A DNA stretch of 64,000 nt from an uncultured delta proteobacterium (GTDB lineage: Bacteria > Myxococcota_A > UBA9160 > UBA4427), in assembly GCA_963822965.1 (NCBI GenBank), contig CAWGJT010000012.1:1-64000 (forward strand), written 5' to 3'. A model generated the notes under the pieces. The model was not told the DNA's origin, ran no database searches, and was given only the letters and a program-made list of their open reading frames with translations. The stretch's first letter is position 1. The number at the start of each line of letters is the position of its first letter. A program made the position numbers and the translations under genes. Shown piece by piece: positions 1-9,841 of the stretch.

Positions 1-141
1 GTGAGCATCGCCGACTGCACCTTGTGGGCGGCTCTGGGCTTCCTGGACTTCGGCGGCTTCGAGGTGGAGACGGGCCACGCGAACGTCGTCCGCTGGAAGG
101 CCGAGTTCGGGAGCCGCGCGAGCACCCGGCTCCCGGCCTGA
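1..141 (+). CDS. Glutathione S-transferase family protein, C-terminal fragment (5' part outside window)
   Basis: Frame 1 reads VSIADCTLWAALGFLDF...HANVVRWKAEFGSRAS..*, resembling the GST C-domain S-x-A-D motif and the terminal NL.RW...RPS pattern; stop TGA at 139-141. Confidence 0.6.
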   Translation: MSIADCTLWAALGFLDFGGFEVETGHANVVRWKAEFGSRASTRLPA

Positions 142-166
142 GCACGGCGGCGGCCGGCGCCTGACG

Positions 167-958
167 ATGAGCGAAGCCTGGGGGTGGGCCCCCATCTCGG
201 ACCCGCTCTTCTACCTCGTCGCCTTCCCGGCGTTGCTGATCGTCGGCGTCTCGAAGGGCGGCTTCGGCGGCGGGCTCGGCCTGGTGGGAGTCCCGTTGAT
301 CGCGCTGGTGGTCCCGCTCTTCCGGGCGGCGGCCATCCTGCTGCCGGTCTTGTGCCTGATGGACCTGTTCGCGCTGCGCACCTACTGGGGGGTCTACAGC
401 GCGCCGAACGTGCGGACCCTGCTGCCGTCCGCGTTGATCGGGGTCGGGGCGGGCGCCGTCGCGTTCGGCACCCTGGACGAGCGCTGGATCCGCGGCATCG
501 TGGGCGTGATCGCCGTGGCGTTCGCATCGCAGTACGGCTTCGGACTGTGGCGACGCGGCGGGACCGAGGCTCCCCCGCGCGAACGCGGCGCCCTGAGCGG
601 CTGGCTCTGGGGCAGTCTCGCCGGCTTCACGAGCACCGTCGCCCACGCAGGGGGCCCGCCCATGTCGGTCCACCTGCTGCCCCAGCGCCTCGATCGCACG
701 GTGTACGTGGGAACGACGGTGCTGGTCTTCACGGCGCTCAACTACGTGAAGCTCGCACCCTACGCGTGGCTCGGCCAGCTGCGGGTCGAGAACCTGGCGA
801 CGGCACTGGTGCTGGCGCCGGCCGCGCCCGTGGGCATCCGGCTCGGGCGCTACCTCCACGACCGGGTCGACGACGAGCCCTTCTATCGCATCGCCTACGC
901 GATGCTGCTGGTGGTGGGCGTGAAGCTGCTGGCCGACGCCGCCGGCCTCTTCGCCTGA
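167..958 (+). CDS. Sulfite exporter TauE/SafE family membrane protein
   Basis: Hydrophobic; G-x-SKGGFGGG, AAAILLPVL..MD and GFTSTVAHAGGPP motifs of the TauE/SafE family. Confidence 0.88.
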   Translation: MSEAWGWAPISDPLFYLVAFPALLIVGVSKGGFGGGLGLVGVPLIALVVPLFRAAAILLPVLCLMDLFALRTYWGVYSAPNVRTLLPSALIGVGAGAVAFGTLDERWIRGIVGVIAVAFASQYGFGLWRRGGTEAPPRERGALSGWLWGSLAGFTSTVAHAGGPPMSVHLLPQRLDRTVYVGTTVLVFTALNYVKLAPYAWLGQLRVENLATALVLAPAAPVGIRLGRYLHDRVDDEPFYRIAYAMLLVVGVKLLADAAGLFA

Positions 959-1010
959 GCGACCGCCGACCCGGACGGGGTACGACACCCGGACGCGACA
1001 CCCGGAAGGA

Positions 1011-1718
1011 TCACGCGCTGCCCGCGCGACGCCGCGCCCGGCGTCGCGCCACGTCCACGGCGTGCGCGACACCGAGCCGGGGACTGGTGAGGACCGGAAC
1101 GCGCGTCTCTCCGAGGCGCGGCAGGATCGCCGCCATGCTGCCCTGGGCGCAGACCACCACGTCGACGTCGTCCTCGAGCTTTCGCACCGCGGCGAGCACC
1201 TGGCGGTCGTGCTCCGCTCGCTCGCCCGCCTCGAGCCGGGCGAAGGCTCCCTCGACGAGGCGTTCTTCCAGCTCGACCCGGGCCGAGAGCCGCGCGGCGG
1301 TCGCCTCCAGCAGCCGGCGGGTCGGGTCCAGGGTCGTCGCGAGGGTGGCGACGATTCCGATGCGGCCGCCGATCCGGCAGGCCTGCTCGGCCATCGGCTC
1401 GTCGATCCGCAGGACGGGCACACCCAGCTCCCGCGCCGCCTCTTCGGCCACGTCCCCCACCGAGGAGCACTGGCTGAGGACGACGTCGCAGCCGGCGTCG
1501 GCGGACCCGCAGAAGAGCCCGAGGAGACGTGTCCGGACGTTCGCCGTCACGCCACCCGCGGCCATCACCTCCGCCAGCAGGCCGTCCTCCACGCGATGCC
1601 CGAGGGCCACGTCGGGCCCCAGCTCGGCGAACAACGCGGTGAGGCTCTCCACCGCCAGGAAGCTGGTATGAACGATGGTGACGATCGCGGCCGGGGCGTC
1701 CGAGAAGGCTGCGGACAC
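1011..1718 (-). CDS. Asp/Glu/hydantoin racemase family protein
   Basis: IVHTS, QCSSVG, RIDEPMAE, VATL.TTL.PT, AQGSMA and VLTSP motifs. Confidence 0.78.
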   Translation of the reverse strand: MSAAFSDAPAAIVTIVHTSFLAVESLTALFAELGPDVALGHRVEDGLLAEVMAAGGVTANVRTRLLGLFCGSADAGCDVVLSQCSSVGDVAEEAARELGVPVLRIDEPMAEQACRIGGRIGIVATLATTLDPTRRLLEATAARLSARVELEERLVEGAFARLEAGERAEHDRQVLAAVRKLEDDVDVVVCAQGSMAAILPRLGETRVPVLTSPRLGVAHAVDVARRRARRRAGSA

Positions 1719-1722
1719 GGCG

Positions 1723-2178
1723 TCAAGAGTAGCTCCACTTCCTCGCGGGCGCGCTCCCCGGCTGCCACTCCATGCACTGCACGTCGAAGTACAGGGGAAG
1801 CAGGTACCGCACGTAGAAGGCGCGGACGGTCACCGGCCCCTGGACGAGGTCGTCGTAGAGCTTGAGCTGCACGCGATCGTCCTGCTGCTGGAACTTCTGG
1901 CAGCGCTCGAGGAGCGCGTCCACCTCGCCGCGCTCCTCGAGCAGCAGACCCAGGTGGTCGTAGCCCGGCGACGACAGGGGCTTCGGGCTCTCCGCCAGCA
2001 GCAGGAACTGCCCGTCGTCCACCTGCAGGTAGAGGCAGGACTGTCCCAGCAGATCCACGTCCATCTGGGTCCAGCCGAAGAGCTCGCCGTAGAAGCGGGC
2101 GACGTCGTCGCGGAAGCGGCGATCGAGGGTGCCGGGGGGAAGCGTCAGCTCCATGTGGTTGAAGCGCATGCGCGGCAT
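1723..2178 (-). CDS. VOC/glyoxalase family protein
   Basis: FNHMELT...FYGELFGW...DHLGLL; start set at ATG 2178, 6 nt after a TATGCT -10-like hexamer. Confidence 0.7.
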   Translation of the reverse strand: MPRMRFNHMELTLPPGTLDRRFRDDVARFYGELFGWTQMDVDLLGQSCLYLQVDDGQFLLLAESPKPLSSPGYDHLGLLLEERGEVDALLERCQKFQQQDDRVQLKLYDDLVQGPVTVRAFYVRYLLPLYFDVQCMEWQPGSAPARKWSYS

Positions 2179-2219
2179 CGCCACAGCATACCGCCGACCG
2201 CGGCTCCCGCCGCCCCGCC

Positions 2220-2924
2220 TCAGTCGCCCTTGATGCGCACCCGCAGCGCCGGCAGCTCGATCACCTTGCCGAGCAGCCCTTCCAGGCTCCGTCGCAGATC
2301 CGGCGTCAGGCCCTCCAGCTCGAGGTGGAGGGAGAGGGCGCCTCCCGGCGCCGCCGAAGGCAGCTTCGATTCGCCGGGGACGAAGTCGTTGAACTCGAGA
2401 TCGAGGTCACGCGTCTCGGGCGTTGCCGCGCTGCCGTCGGGCGCGTAGCCGAAGTCGCCGACGGCGCCGACATCGAACTGGCCGGTGACCGGGTCGGAGA
2501 GCCCGAGCGTCGTGGCGCCCGGGTCGACCGCGGCCGCTCGGCCGCCGAAGCCCTTGAGCTGCGATGCGTACGCCACCTCGAGGCCCAGGCTGCCGGGATC
2601 CTTGCGCGTCTGGATGAAGGTGATCTGCACCTCGCCCACCTTCACCACGTCCTTGTTCTGCAGCAGCACCTCTCCCGCCAACGGAGAGCCGTTCACCTGG
2701 GTGCCGTTCGAGGTGCCGAGATCCTTCACCTGGTGCCCCTGCACCGTGCGCAGGAAGAGGGCATGACGGCGAGAGGCGTCCGAGTCGTCGATCACCACGT
2801 CGTTCTCGGGCGAGCGGCCGAGGCTCACTTCCTCGGTGTCCCACACGACGATCCGGCCCTTCTTGCCGGGCTCCTTGAACCCGAGCAGGGTGCGCAGGGG
2901 CGCAGGCGGCTGAGCGCTCGACAT
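2220..2924 (-). CDS. FHA domain-containing protein
   Basis: LGRSPENDVVIDDSDASRRHA...DLGTSNGTQVNG FHA signature; GGAGGAG RBS before ATG 2924. Confidence 0.88.
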   Translation of the reverse strand: MSSAQPPAPLRTLLGFKEPGKKGRIVVWDTEEVSLGRSPENDVVIDDSDASRRHALFLRTVQGHQVKDLGTSNGTQVNGSPLAGEVLLQNKDVVKVGEVQITFIQTRKDPGSLGLEVAYASQLKGFGGRAAAVDPGATTLGLSDPVTGQFDVGAVGDFGYAPDGSAATPETRDLDLEFNDFVPGESKLPSAAPGGALSLHLELEGLTPDLRRSLEGLLGKVIELPALRVRIKGD

Positions 2925-3044
2925 GGCGGTCTCCTCCCGGCGGATCGGGTCCGCCCCGGACTCATCGGCGGACCGCCCGTCGGGATTGATCCCGGGCCGG
3001 CACCGCCCGCGCCAAGCGCCGGATTCTGCGGCAGAGTCCTTCGC

Positions 3045-4265
3045 ATGCAGCGCGACGCCACGTCGGGACTCCGCCGGGTCCTCTGGGTCCTCGCCCTCGC
3101 GGGCTGCTTCGCGGGCACCGGGGCGGCCGTGGTGGCGGGAAGCTTCCACTGGCTGCGGGGCGCCCGGCTCGGCCGGCCTACGCTGGTCTTCGACTACTCG
3201 CGCATGATGGCAAAGCGCCTGCCCGCGCTCGCCGAGGCCCGACGCCCGGGGCGGCCGACGGTGGCGATGCTCGGCGACTCGGCCCTGGTCAGCTATCCCG
3301 AGGGTCGTACGGTCCCCGCCCGACTGCAGGAGCGCCTGGACGCCCACGTCGCGTCCCTCGGCATGTCGGGATCCGGCCCCTTCGACTACTACTTCCTCGC
3401 CGACCGGATCGCCGCGGCGCGACCCGATCTCGTCGTCGTGGCGCTCAACCTCGACCATTTCTCCCGCGCCTGGCAGGGCGCCTATTCGCGCCCGCAGCTC
3501 GCCGGGTGGATCGCACCGGCGCGCCTCCTCGAGGCCCTGCGGATGCCACTCGATTGGATCGGGCTCACCACCGACCGCCTGCTCTTCTACGTGGGCCTCG
3601 TGCAGGCCGGCGGCTACGACCCCTGGACCTGGCTGACCCTGCGCCAGACCCAGGTGGGACGTGCCCGGGACCGCTTCGAGGCCTGGCTCCAGGGAGCGGT
3701 GGACGCGAGCGGCGATCGCCGCGACGAGAGCACGCCGGAGCGGCGGTTCCGTGCCGCCGCCGACGCTCGGACCCTCGCGCGCCTCTTCACGGATCCCGAG
3801 ATCCGCCACTACCGCGAGGAAGGCGTGCGCGAGCACTACGACGTGACGCTGGCGGGCCTGCCGGCGGACCACCCGGTGCTGCGGGTGTTGGGCGCCTGCA
3901 TCGACCGGTTCCGGCGCGCCGGCGCCCGGGTGCTCGTCTACGTCGCACCCCTCGAGGTGACGTATCTCGAGTCCCGAGGGCTGCTGGACCGGACCGGGCT
4001 CGCGCGGACGATCGCCACCATCGAGGCGGCCGTCCGGGCGCACGGCGGTAGCTTCGCGGACTTCCACGACCTGCTGCCGGGTGAAGCGTTCCGCGACGCG
4101 CCCGGCCACCTGGCCTATCCAAGTCAGGCGCCCCCGCCCCCGTCCGCCGCCCGTCCGGCGCCCCCCGCCGACGACGCCACCCCCGACGGCCCCGCCCGGC
4201 TCGCCGACGCGCTGGCACCGGTCGTTCGAGACGTCCTGCGCGGCCCCGCGCCCGCCGTCCGCTGA
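3045..4265 (+). CDS. Membrane-anchored SGNH/DltD/AlgJ-like acyltransferase partner protein
   Basis: N-terminal TM, MLGDS block-I-like Ser motif, PDLVVV, C-terminal FRDAPGHL; stop overlaps the MBOAT start (TGATG). Confidence 0.62.
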   Translation: MQRDATSGLRRVLWVLALAGCFAGTGAAVVAGSFHWLRGARLGRPTLVFDYSRMMAKRLPALAEARRPGRPTVAMLGDSALVSYPEGRTVPARLQERLDAHVASLGMSGSGPFDYYFLADRIAAARPDLVVVALNLDHFSRAWQGAYSRPQLAGWIAPARLLEALRMPLDWIGLTTDRLLFYVGLVQAGGYDPWTWLTLRQTQVGRARDRFEAWLQGAVDASGDRRDESTPERRFRAAADARTLARLFTDPEIRHYREEGVREHYDVTLAGLPADHPVLRVLGACIDRFRRAGARVLVYVAPLEVTYLESRGLLDRTGLARTIATIEAAVRAHGGSFADFHDLLPGEAFRDAPGHLAYPSQAPPPPSAARPAPPADDATPDGPARLADALAPVVRDVLRGPAPAVR

Positions 4266-5687
4266 TGCTCTTCGTCACGGTCCAGTTCGCCCTCTTCCTG
4301 CTGGTCCTGCTGCTGGTGCTGTACGCGGTGGGGGCGCAGCGCGTCCGGGCGGCGAACGCCGTGCTGCTCGCCGCCAGCCTCGTCTTCTACGGGCTCTGGA
4401 TCCCCGCCTACCTGCCGCTGCTCCTCGCCGACATCGGGGTGAGCTACGCCTTCCTCCGTGCCATCGACGCGAGCACCGACCCGGGCCGGCGCCGGCTCCT
4501 GCTGACCGCCTCGATCGCGTTCACCCTGGGGCTCCTGGTCTTCTTCAAGTACGCGGCCTTCGTCGTCGAGAGCCTGCTGCCGCTGCTGCACGCCCTGCGG
4601 CTCGACCTCCCCATTCCCGAGATCCTGCTCCCCCTCGGCATCTCGTTCTACAGCTTTCAGATCGTCTCCCTGGCCGTGGACACCTACCGGGGCGACGGGC
4701 CGCGAGTCGAGGGCCTCGCGCACTACGCGCTCTTCGTCGCCTTCTTTCCCCAGCTCGTCGCCGGGCCCATCGTGCGCGGGCACGAGCTGCTGCCCCAGCT
4801 CGCGCGGGGCGCCCGCCCCAACGCCGCGCGCGTCCGGCGCGGGCTCTGGCTGCTCTTCGCGGGAATCGCGAAAGAAGGCGATACTTCGCGGACTTCCTGC
4901 TGGCGCCCTTCGTCGACGACGTCTTCGGCGCGCCGGGCGTCGCGAACGCGCGCTTCCACTGGGTGGCCCTCTACGCCTTCGCGTTCCAGATCTACTTCGA
5001 CTTCTCGGGCTACACCGACATGGCTCGGGGCGTCGGCGCTGCTGATCGGCTTCGAGCTCCCGCTGAACTTCCGCGAGCCCTACCTCTCCCGTTCGCCCCA
5101 GGAGTTCTGGCAGCGCTGGCACATCACGCTCTCCACCTGGCTGCGGGACTACCTCTACGTGCCCCTGGGCGGCAACCGCCGGGGACGGCGCGCGCACGCT
5201 GCGGAACCTGCTGCTGACGATGCTGCTCGGGGGGCTCTGGCACGGAGCGGCGTGGACGTTCCTGGTCTGGGGAGCGGTGCACGGCGCGTTGCTCGTGCTC
5301 CACCGAATGCTCGGCCGGCGGGGGGACGGCGAACGTCCGCTGACCTGGCGCGACGCACCGCGCATCGCCGTGACGTTCCACGCGGTGCTGGTGGCCTGGG
5401 TGTTCTTCCGGGCGCCGGACCTCGCTGCCGCGGGCGCCTACCTCCAGGGACTCTTCTCTCCCGGGGACCTCCCCGGCTGGCCGCGCTTCGCCACCGGCGC
5501 CGTCGCGGTCTCGGCGCTGCTCCATCTCGCCGAACGCTGGGCGCGCCCCCGCAGCAGCGGGCTCCAGGCGTGGTTCGCGGAGCGACCCGCGCGGGCCCTC
5601 CTCGAGGCAGTCGCCTTCGGGCTGCTGGTGGGCGTGGTCGTGATGGTCTCGGGTGCCGGCGGCGAGTTCATCTACTTCCAGTTCTGA
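4265..5687 (+). CDS. MBOAT family O-acyltransferase (AlgI/PatA/DltB-like); frameshifted in this assembly
   Basis: LPLGISFYSFQ, FFPQLVAGPIVR, QIYFDFSGYTDMA, EFWQRWHITLSTWLRDYLY.PLGGNR, GLWHGA and C-terminal FIYFQF are spread over different frames. Confidence 0.9.
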
Positions 5688-5738
5688 GGGAGCCGGGGCC
5701 GGTGGCCGGCGCCGCGCGGCCATGATATCCTCGCCGCC

Positions 5739-6383
5739 ATGACGATCGAGCTCATGGGCGCCGGCTTCGGCCGCACCGGAACCCTGTCTCTGAAGCACGC
5801 CCTCGAAGCCCTGGGCGTCGGTCCCTGCCACCACATGATGGAGGTCATGCAGCACCCCGGATCCGAGCGGGACTGGTACCGGGCCTCCCTGGGTGAGCCG
5901 ACGGATTGGAGCGAGCTGCTCTCCGGCTACCGCTCCCTGGTCGACTGGCCCGGCTGTCGCTTCTGGCGCGAGATCTCCACGGCGTTTCCGGACGCTCCGG
6001 TCCTGCTCAGCATCCGCGACCCCGAGCGCTGGTACGAGAGCGCCCATGAGACCATCTACCAGGCCGTCCGCCGGGCGTGCGAATCGGAAGACCCGGCGGT
6101 GCGCGAGCGCATGAAGATGCCCGACAAGGTGGTCTTCCAGGACACGTTCGCCGGGCGCTTCGAGGATCGGGCCTTCGCGATCGGCGTCTTCGAGGCGCAC
6201 AACGAAGAGGTGCGGCGGACGATTCCCGCGGAGCGCCTCCTCGTCTACCAGGTGAGTGAAGGCTGGGAGCCGCTGTGCCGCCTGCTGGGACGCCCGATCC
6301 CCGAGATCGCCTTCCCCCACGTGAACTCCCGGGACGAGTTCCAGGCGATGGTGGCGGCGCGCACGTCCGGGAGCGCGCCCTGA
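5739..6383 (+). CDS. Sulfotransferase family protein (Sulfotransfer_4-like)
   Basis: GAGFGRTGTLSLK.ALE.LG.GPCHHM, VDWP, RDPERWYES, GWEPLC and FPHVNS. Confidence 0.88.
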   Translation: MTIELMGAGFGRTGTLSLKHALEALGVGPCHHMMEVMQHPGSERDWYRASLGEPTDWSELLSGYRSLVDWPGCRFWREISTAFPDAPVLLSIRDPERWYESAHETIYQAVRRACESEDPAVRERMKMPDKVVFQDTFAGRFEDRAFAIGVFEAHNEEVRRTIPAERLLVYQVSEGWEPLCRLLGRPIPEIAFPHVNSRDEFQAMVAARTSGSAP

Positions 6384-6408
6384 GCGCAGCCGCGCACCGC
6401 CGGACCGA

Positions 6409-7600
6409 TCAGGGCGAGGCGGAGACGGGCAGGCTCGCGAAGCCGTGCACGCTCGTGGAGCGGAGCCGCCGGGCACCCGCCGCGTCCACCGCATGGTCCG
6501 GCGCCCGCCGCAGCCACTCCTCGAGACACACCCGCGCCTCGAGGCGCGCCAGGCTGGCGCCCAGACAGAAGTGCGTCCCCTTGCCGAAGGCGAGGGATGC
6601 GGCCGTGTCCCGACCGGGACGGAACACGTCGGGCGCGTCGAAGACCGCGGGGTCGCGGTTCGCGGAGCCGAGCAGCAGCAGGGCCTTCTCCCCCGCACGC
6701 ATCGCACCGCCCCGGAAGACGACGTCCCGCGTCACCACCCGGGCCACCGCCTGGGTGGGGCTGTCGAAACGCAGGGTCTCCTCGACCCAGGCGGGCACGA
6801 GCCCGGCATTCGCGCGCACCCGCTCGCGCACGTCGGGGTTCGCGTCGAGCCAGTAGAGGGCGTTGCCCAGCAGGTTCCGGGTGGTCTCGCTTCCCGCAAT
6901 GACCAGCAGGAAGAGGAAGCCGATGACGTCGTCCATCTCGAGGCGCCGCGTCCGTCGATCTCGGCGCGCAGGATCGTCCCGGCGAGATCGTCGCGACCGC
7001 GCCGGCTCGCGTCCGCCACCCAGTCGGCGAAGTAGCCGCGCAGCTCGAGCGACGCCTGCATGGAGTCGGCGGGAATCTCCGCAGAGCCCTCCTCCCGATG
7101 CAGGACCCGGTCGGCGAGCGCGCGCAGACCCTCTCGATCGGACTCGGGCACCCCGAGCAGCTGGCTGATCACGTCCATCGGAATCCGTGCCGCGTAGTCC
7201 GCGATGAAGTCCCCGGCGCCCCGCTCGGCGAGCGCGTCGGTCGCGACGCACCGCGAGCGCGCGCACGTGCGGCTCGAGCGCCGCGACACGACGCGGCGTG
7301 AAGCCACTCGAGACGAGGCGCCCGGACCGGTCGTGACGGGGCGGGTCCATCGCCAGCAGCGAGAACACCTGCGCAGCCTGCTCCTCGAAGCCCGACTCGA
7401 GCACCATGCCCTCGCGGCTCGAGAAGAGCCCGGGGTCGCGAAGCGCCGCGAGCACGTCGGCATGGGCTCGAAACCGCCCAGAAGCCGTGTCGGGGCTGCG
7501 CCAGACCGGCGCCTCCGTCGCGCAGGCGCGCGTAGCTCGGGAACGGGTCTTCCTGGGTCGTCGTAGGAGAACGGATCGAAGAGCGGGGTCGCGGCGTCAC
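6409..7600 (-). CDS. Cytochrome P450; frameshifted, start approximate
   Basis: FDPFSY..DPFPSY N-terminus, MDPPRHD, AGSETT I-helix, EETLR and FGKGTHFCLG heme-ligand motif across frames. Confidence 0.88.
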
Positions 7601-8717
7601 TCGCCGGACGGCGGCGCGGACGCGCCGGACGGCCTGGGGCGCCTCGTAGGACAGGGTGTAGCCCGGCTCCCGGGCGAAGCCGGGGTCCGGCAGCGCCGTC
7701 CATCGCTCGCCGCCAGCGCCGCGACGAGCCGGTCCTCCGCCTCGTAGTCGAAGGGGTCCTGCAGCACGGTCTCCTCGAGACCGCCGGGACGGGGCGGATT
7801 CGCGAGCAGCCAACGCGCGGTCCGCGAGAGCGCTTCCCGGGGTGCCACCTTGTCCCGATAGCCCAGCTCGCCGCGCAGCTTCGCGAGATCGAGCACCCGG
7901 TGGGTGGTCGCCGGCTGCATGACCAACGGCCGCGCCGGGAGCGCGATGGACCAGGGAAGCGAGACGATCTCGCCCTGCCAGGAGAGGGCCCCGGCAATCA
8001 CCTCGACTACCTGCCGCAGGCTGAGCACCTCCTCGTCGCCGCAGTTGTAGACCTGTCCCGCGCTGGCCCCGGGCTGGTCGACCGCCAGCAGGATCGCATG
8101 GGCGAGGTTCTCCGCATAGCCGAACGTGCACAGGGTGAGCCCGCCGTCGGGCAGCGACGACGAAGGGCGGAGGTCGCGCATGCGCCGCACGATGCACCAT
8201 TCCCGAGGCATGAGCTGACGGGGCCCGTACACGTACGGGTAGCGGAGGTGGGTCGCCGTGGGGTGGGCGTCGAAGCAGCGCGTCCTCGCTCCGCGCGATC
8301 GCGAGACCCTTGCGCGACTCGCGGGCGTCGGATACACGGGCCGCGTCCTCGCGCACCGGCACGGGCATCCCGGGCGGGGAGAACGCCTCGGGATCCATGA
8401 ACCCGCGGTACGCGGGCGCGCCGCCGACGGACACGAGACGCCCCACCCGCCCGACCAGGAGCTTCGCGATCATGCGCAGGCGACCGTAGGTGACGACGGC
8501 CAGCTCGAAGCAGCGTTCGCCGAGCGCGCCCCGCAGCGCGTCGTGCGAGAAGGGATCGGTGTGGATGTGCTCGACGTCGTCGCGGGATCTCGGGGGCTTC
8601 GTGGGCGCCGCGGTGCAGGATGGCGACCCGGTATCCCCGCTCGCGCAGGCCGTCCACGATGAAAGGACCCGTGGGCCCCGTGCCTCCGACGACCAGCGCG
8701 CGCGCTCGTTCTGCCAT
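7597..8717 (-). CDS. NAD-dependent epimerase/dehydratase family protein; frameshifted
   Basis: ALVVGGTGPTG Rossmann start, LRYPYVYGP, ENLAHAILLA, GQVYNCGD and ELGYRD. Confidence 0.8.
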
Positions 8718-8771
8718 CGTCCAAGGCTGCGCGTCCGCCGGGGTCCGGTCAAGCGCGTCCGAGCCGCGGGC

Positions 8772-9716
8772 TCACGGGTCGAGGCCGGCCGTCCAGTCTC
8801 CCGCACCGGCGCGGGGCACGACGCGGATGAGGCGATCGTTGTCGAAGATCGCGACCAGGCGGACCACCTCGCGATCGGCCTCCACCCAGCCGAAGGGGCG
8901 CAGCTTGACGATTCCGTCGGGCCCTTCGAGGGTCTGCGTCCGCACGCGGCGGGTGTTGAGGAAGCCCGGCGCGAGCAGGCTGTGGGTCTCGCCGAAATCC
9001 TTCGTGACGAAGCGGGTGCCGAGAGCCCGCAGCAGGCCGAAGAGATCCGTTCCCGGGGGCAGCTTCTCGACGACCGGTGCGACGGCCTGGAACGACGCCT
9101 CCGAGTAGAAGCTCGCGATGCCGCCCGCCGGCAGGGCGGCGCCCGGAGGCCCTTCGCGGGACGGCGGCGCCGGATCGGAGAACGCGAGCGGCCGGGCCCC
9201 CGCCACGTGCAGGTCGCGGAAGTAGAGCACGCCGCCGGGTCGCGAGAGCGTGCCGATGTCCCGGGCGCGATCGGCCACCAGCGTCTCGTATTCGTCCCGG
9301 CCCACCAGGGTGGCGGTCGTCAGCACCTGGTAGCGCGGGACGATGCGATCGCCGACCACGTAGCCGAAGACGTGGCTGCCGTGGATGACGTCCTGGGAGC
9401 GGGCGACCAGCTGGCCGAACAGGGAGAGCCCGCCCGGTGCCCCACCCGAGAGGCTCGTGATCCAGGAGGGCATGATGACCACCGGACGCCGCGTCCGCCG
9501 GCCGTCCACCACCAACGGGAGCCAGTGCACCTCCCGCGCCGCCGCGAAGACGCGCAGGTCGTCTCCCGGCGACAGCTCCTCGAGAAAGGGCAGCACCCGC
9601 TCGAAGGTCCGGCGCGAGACCGCCGGCTCGCGCCAGGCCGCGATCCGCTCCGCGGGCGTCGTCGCGCAGGCAAGCGCCAGGGCGGCGAGCCCCGTCGCCA
9701 GGAAACGCACGTGCAT
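8772..9716 (-). CDS. Hypothetical lipoprotein with an internal duplication
   Basis: Signal peptide and lipobox LALA-C17; coding-like composition; upstream TGc-TACGCT -10. Confidence 0.65.
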   Translation of the reverse strand: MHVRFLATGLAALALACATTPAERIAAWREPAVSRRTFERVLPFLEELSPGDDLRVFAAAREVHWLPLVVDGRRTRRPVVIMPSWITSLSGGAPGGLSLFGQLVARSQDVIHGSHVFGYVVGDRIVPRYQVLTTATLVGRDEYETLVADRARDIGTLSRPGGVLYFRDLHVAGARPLAFSDPAPPSREGPPGAALPAGGIASFYSEASFQAVAPVVEKLPPGTDLFGLLRALGTRFVTKDFGETHSLLAPGFLNTRRVRTQTLEGPDGIVKLRPFGWVEADREVVRLVAIFDNDRLIRVVPRAGAGDWTAGLDP

Positions 9717-9841
9717 GGCGGCCAGCGTAGCAACGGGGGCCCCGCGCGGGATCGAGGGCCGCCGGTGTTGCGACGGCCGACCTTCCGATCCGGCGGAAGA
9801 CGGTCGAATCTGCGCGACAAGACACTAGACTGCCGCCGCCG

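Noticed and set aside
967..1006. Short repeats CGACACCCGGA x2 (plus one partial) between convergent genes
   Set aside because: Too short and too few to distinguish from local slippage
2962..2989. Sigma-28-like promoter (TCAA-N16-GCCGATGA, minus strand), with a similar site at 31407-31435
   Set aside because: Spacers of 16 and 17 nt deviate from the usual 15, and the -10 matches are imperfect
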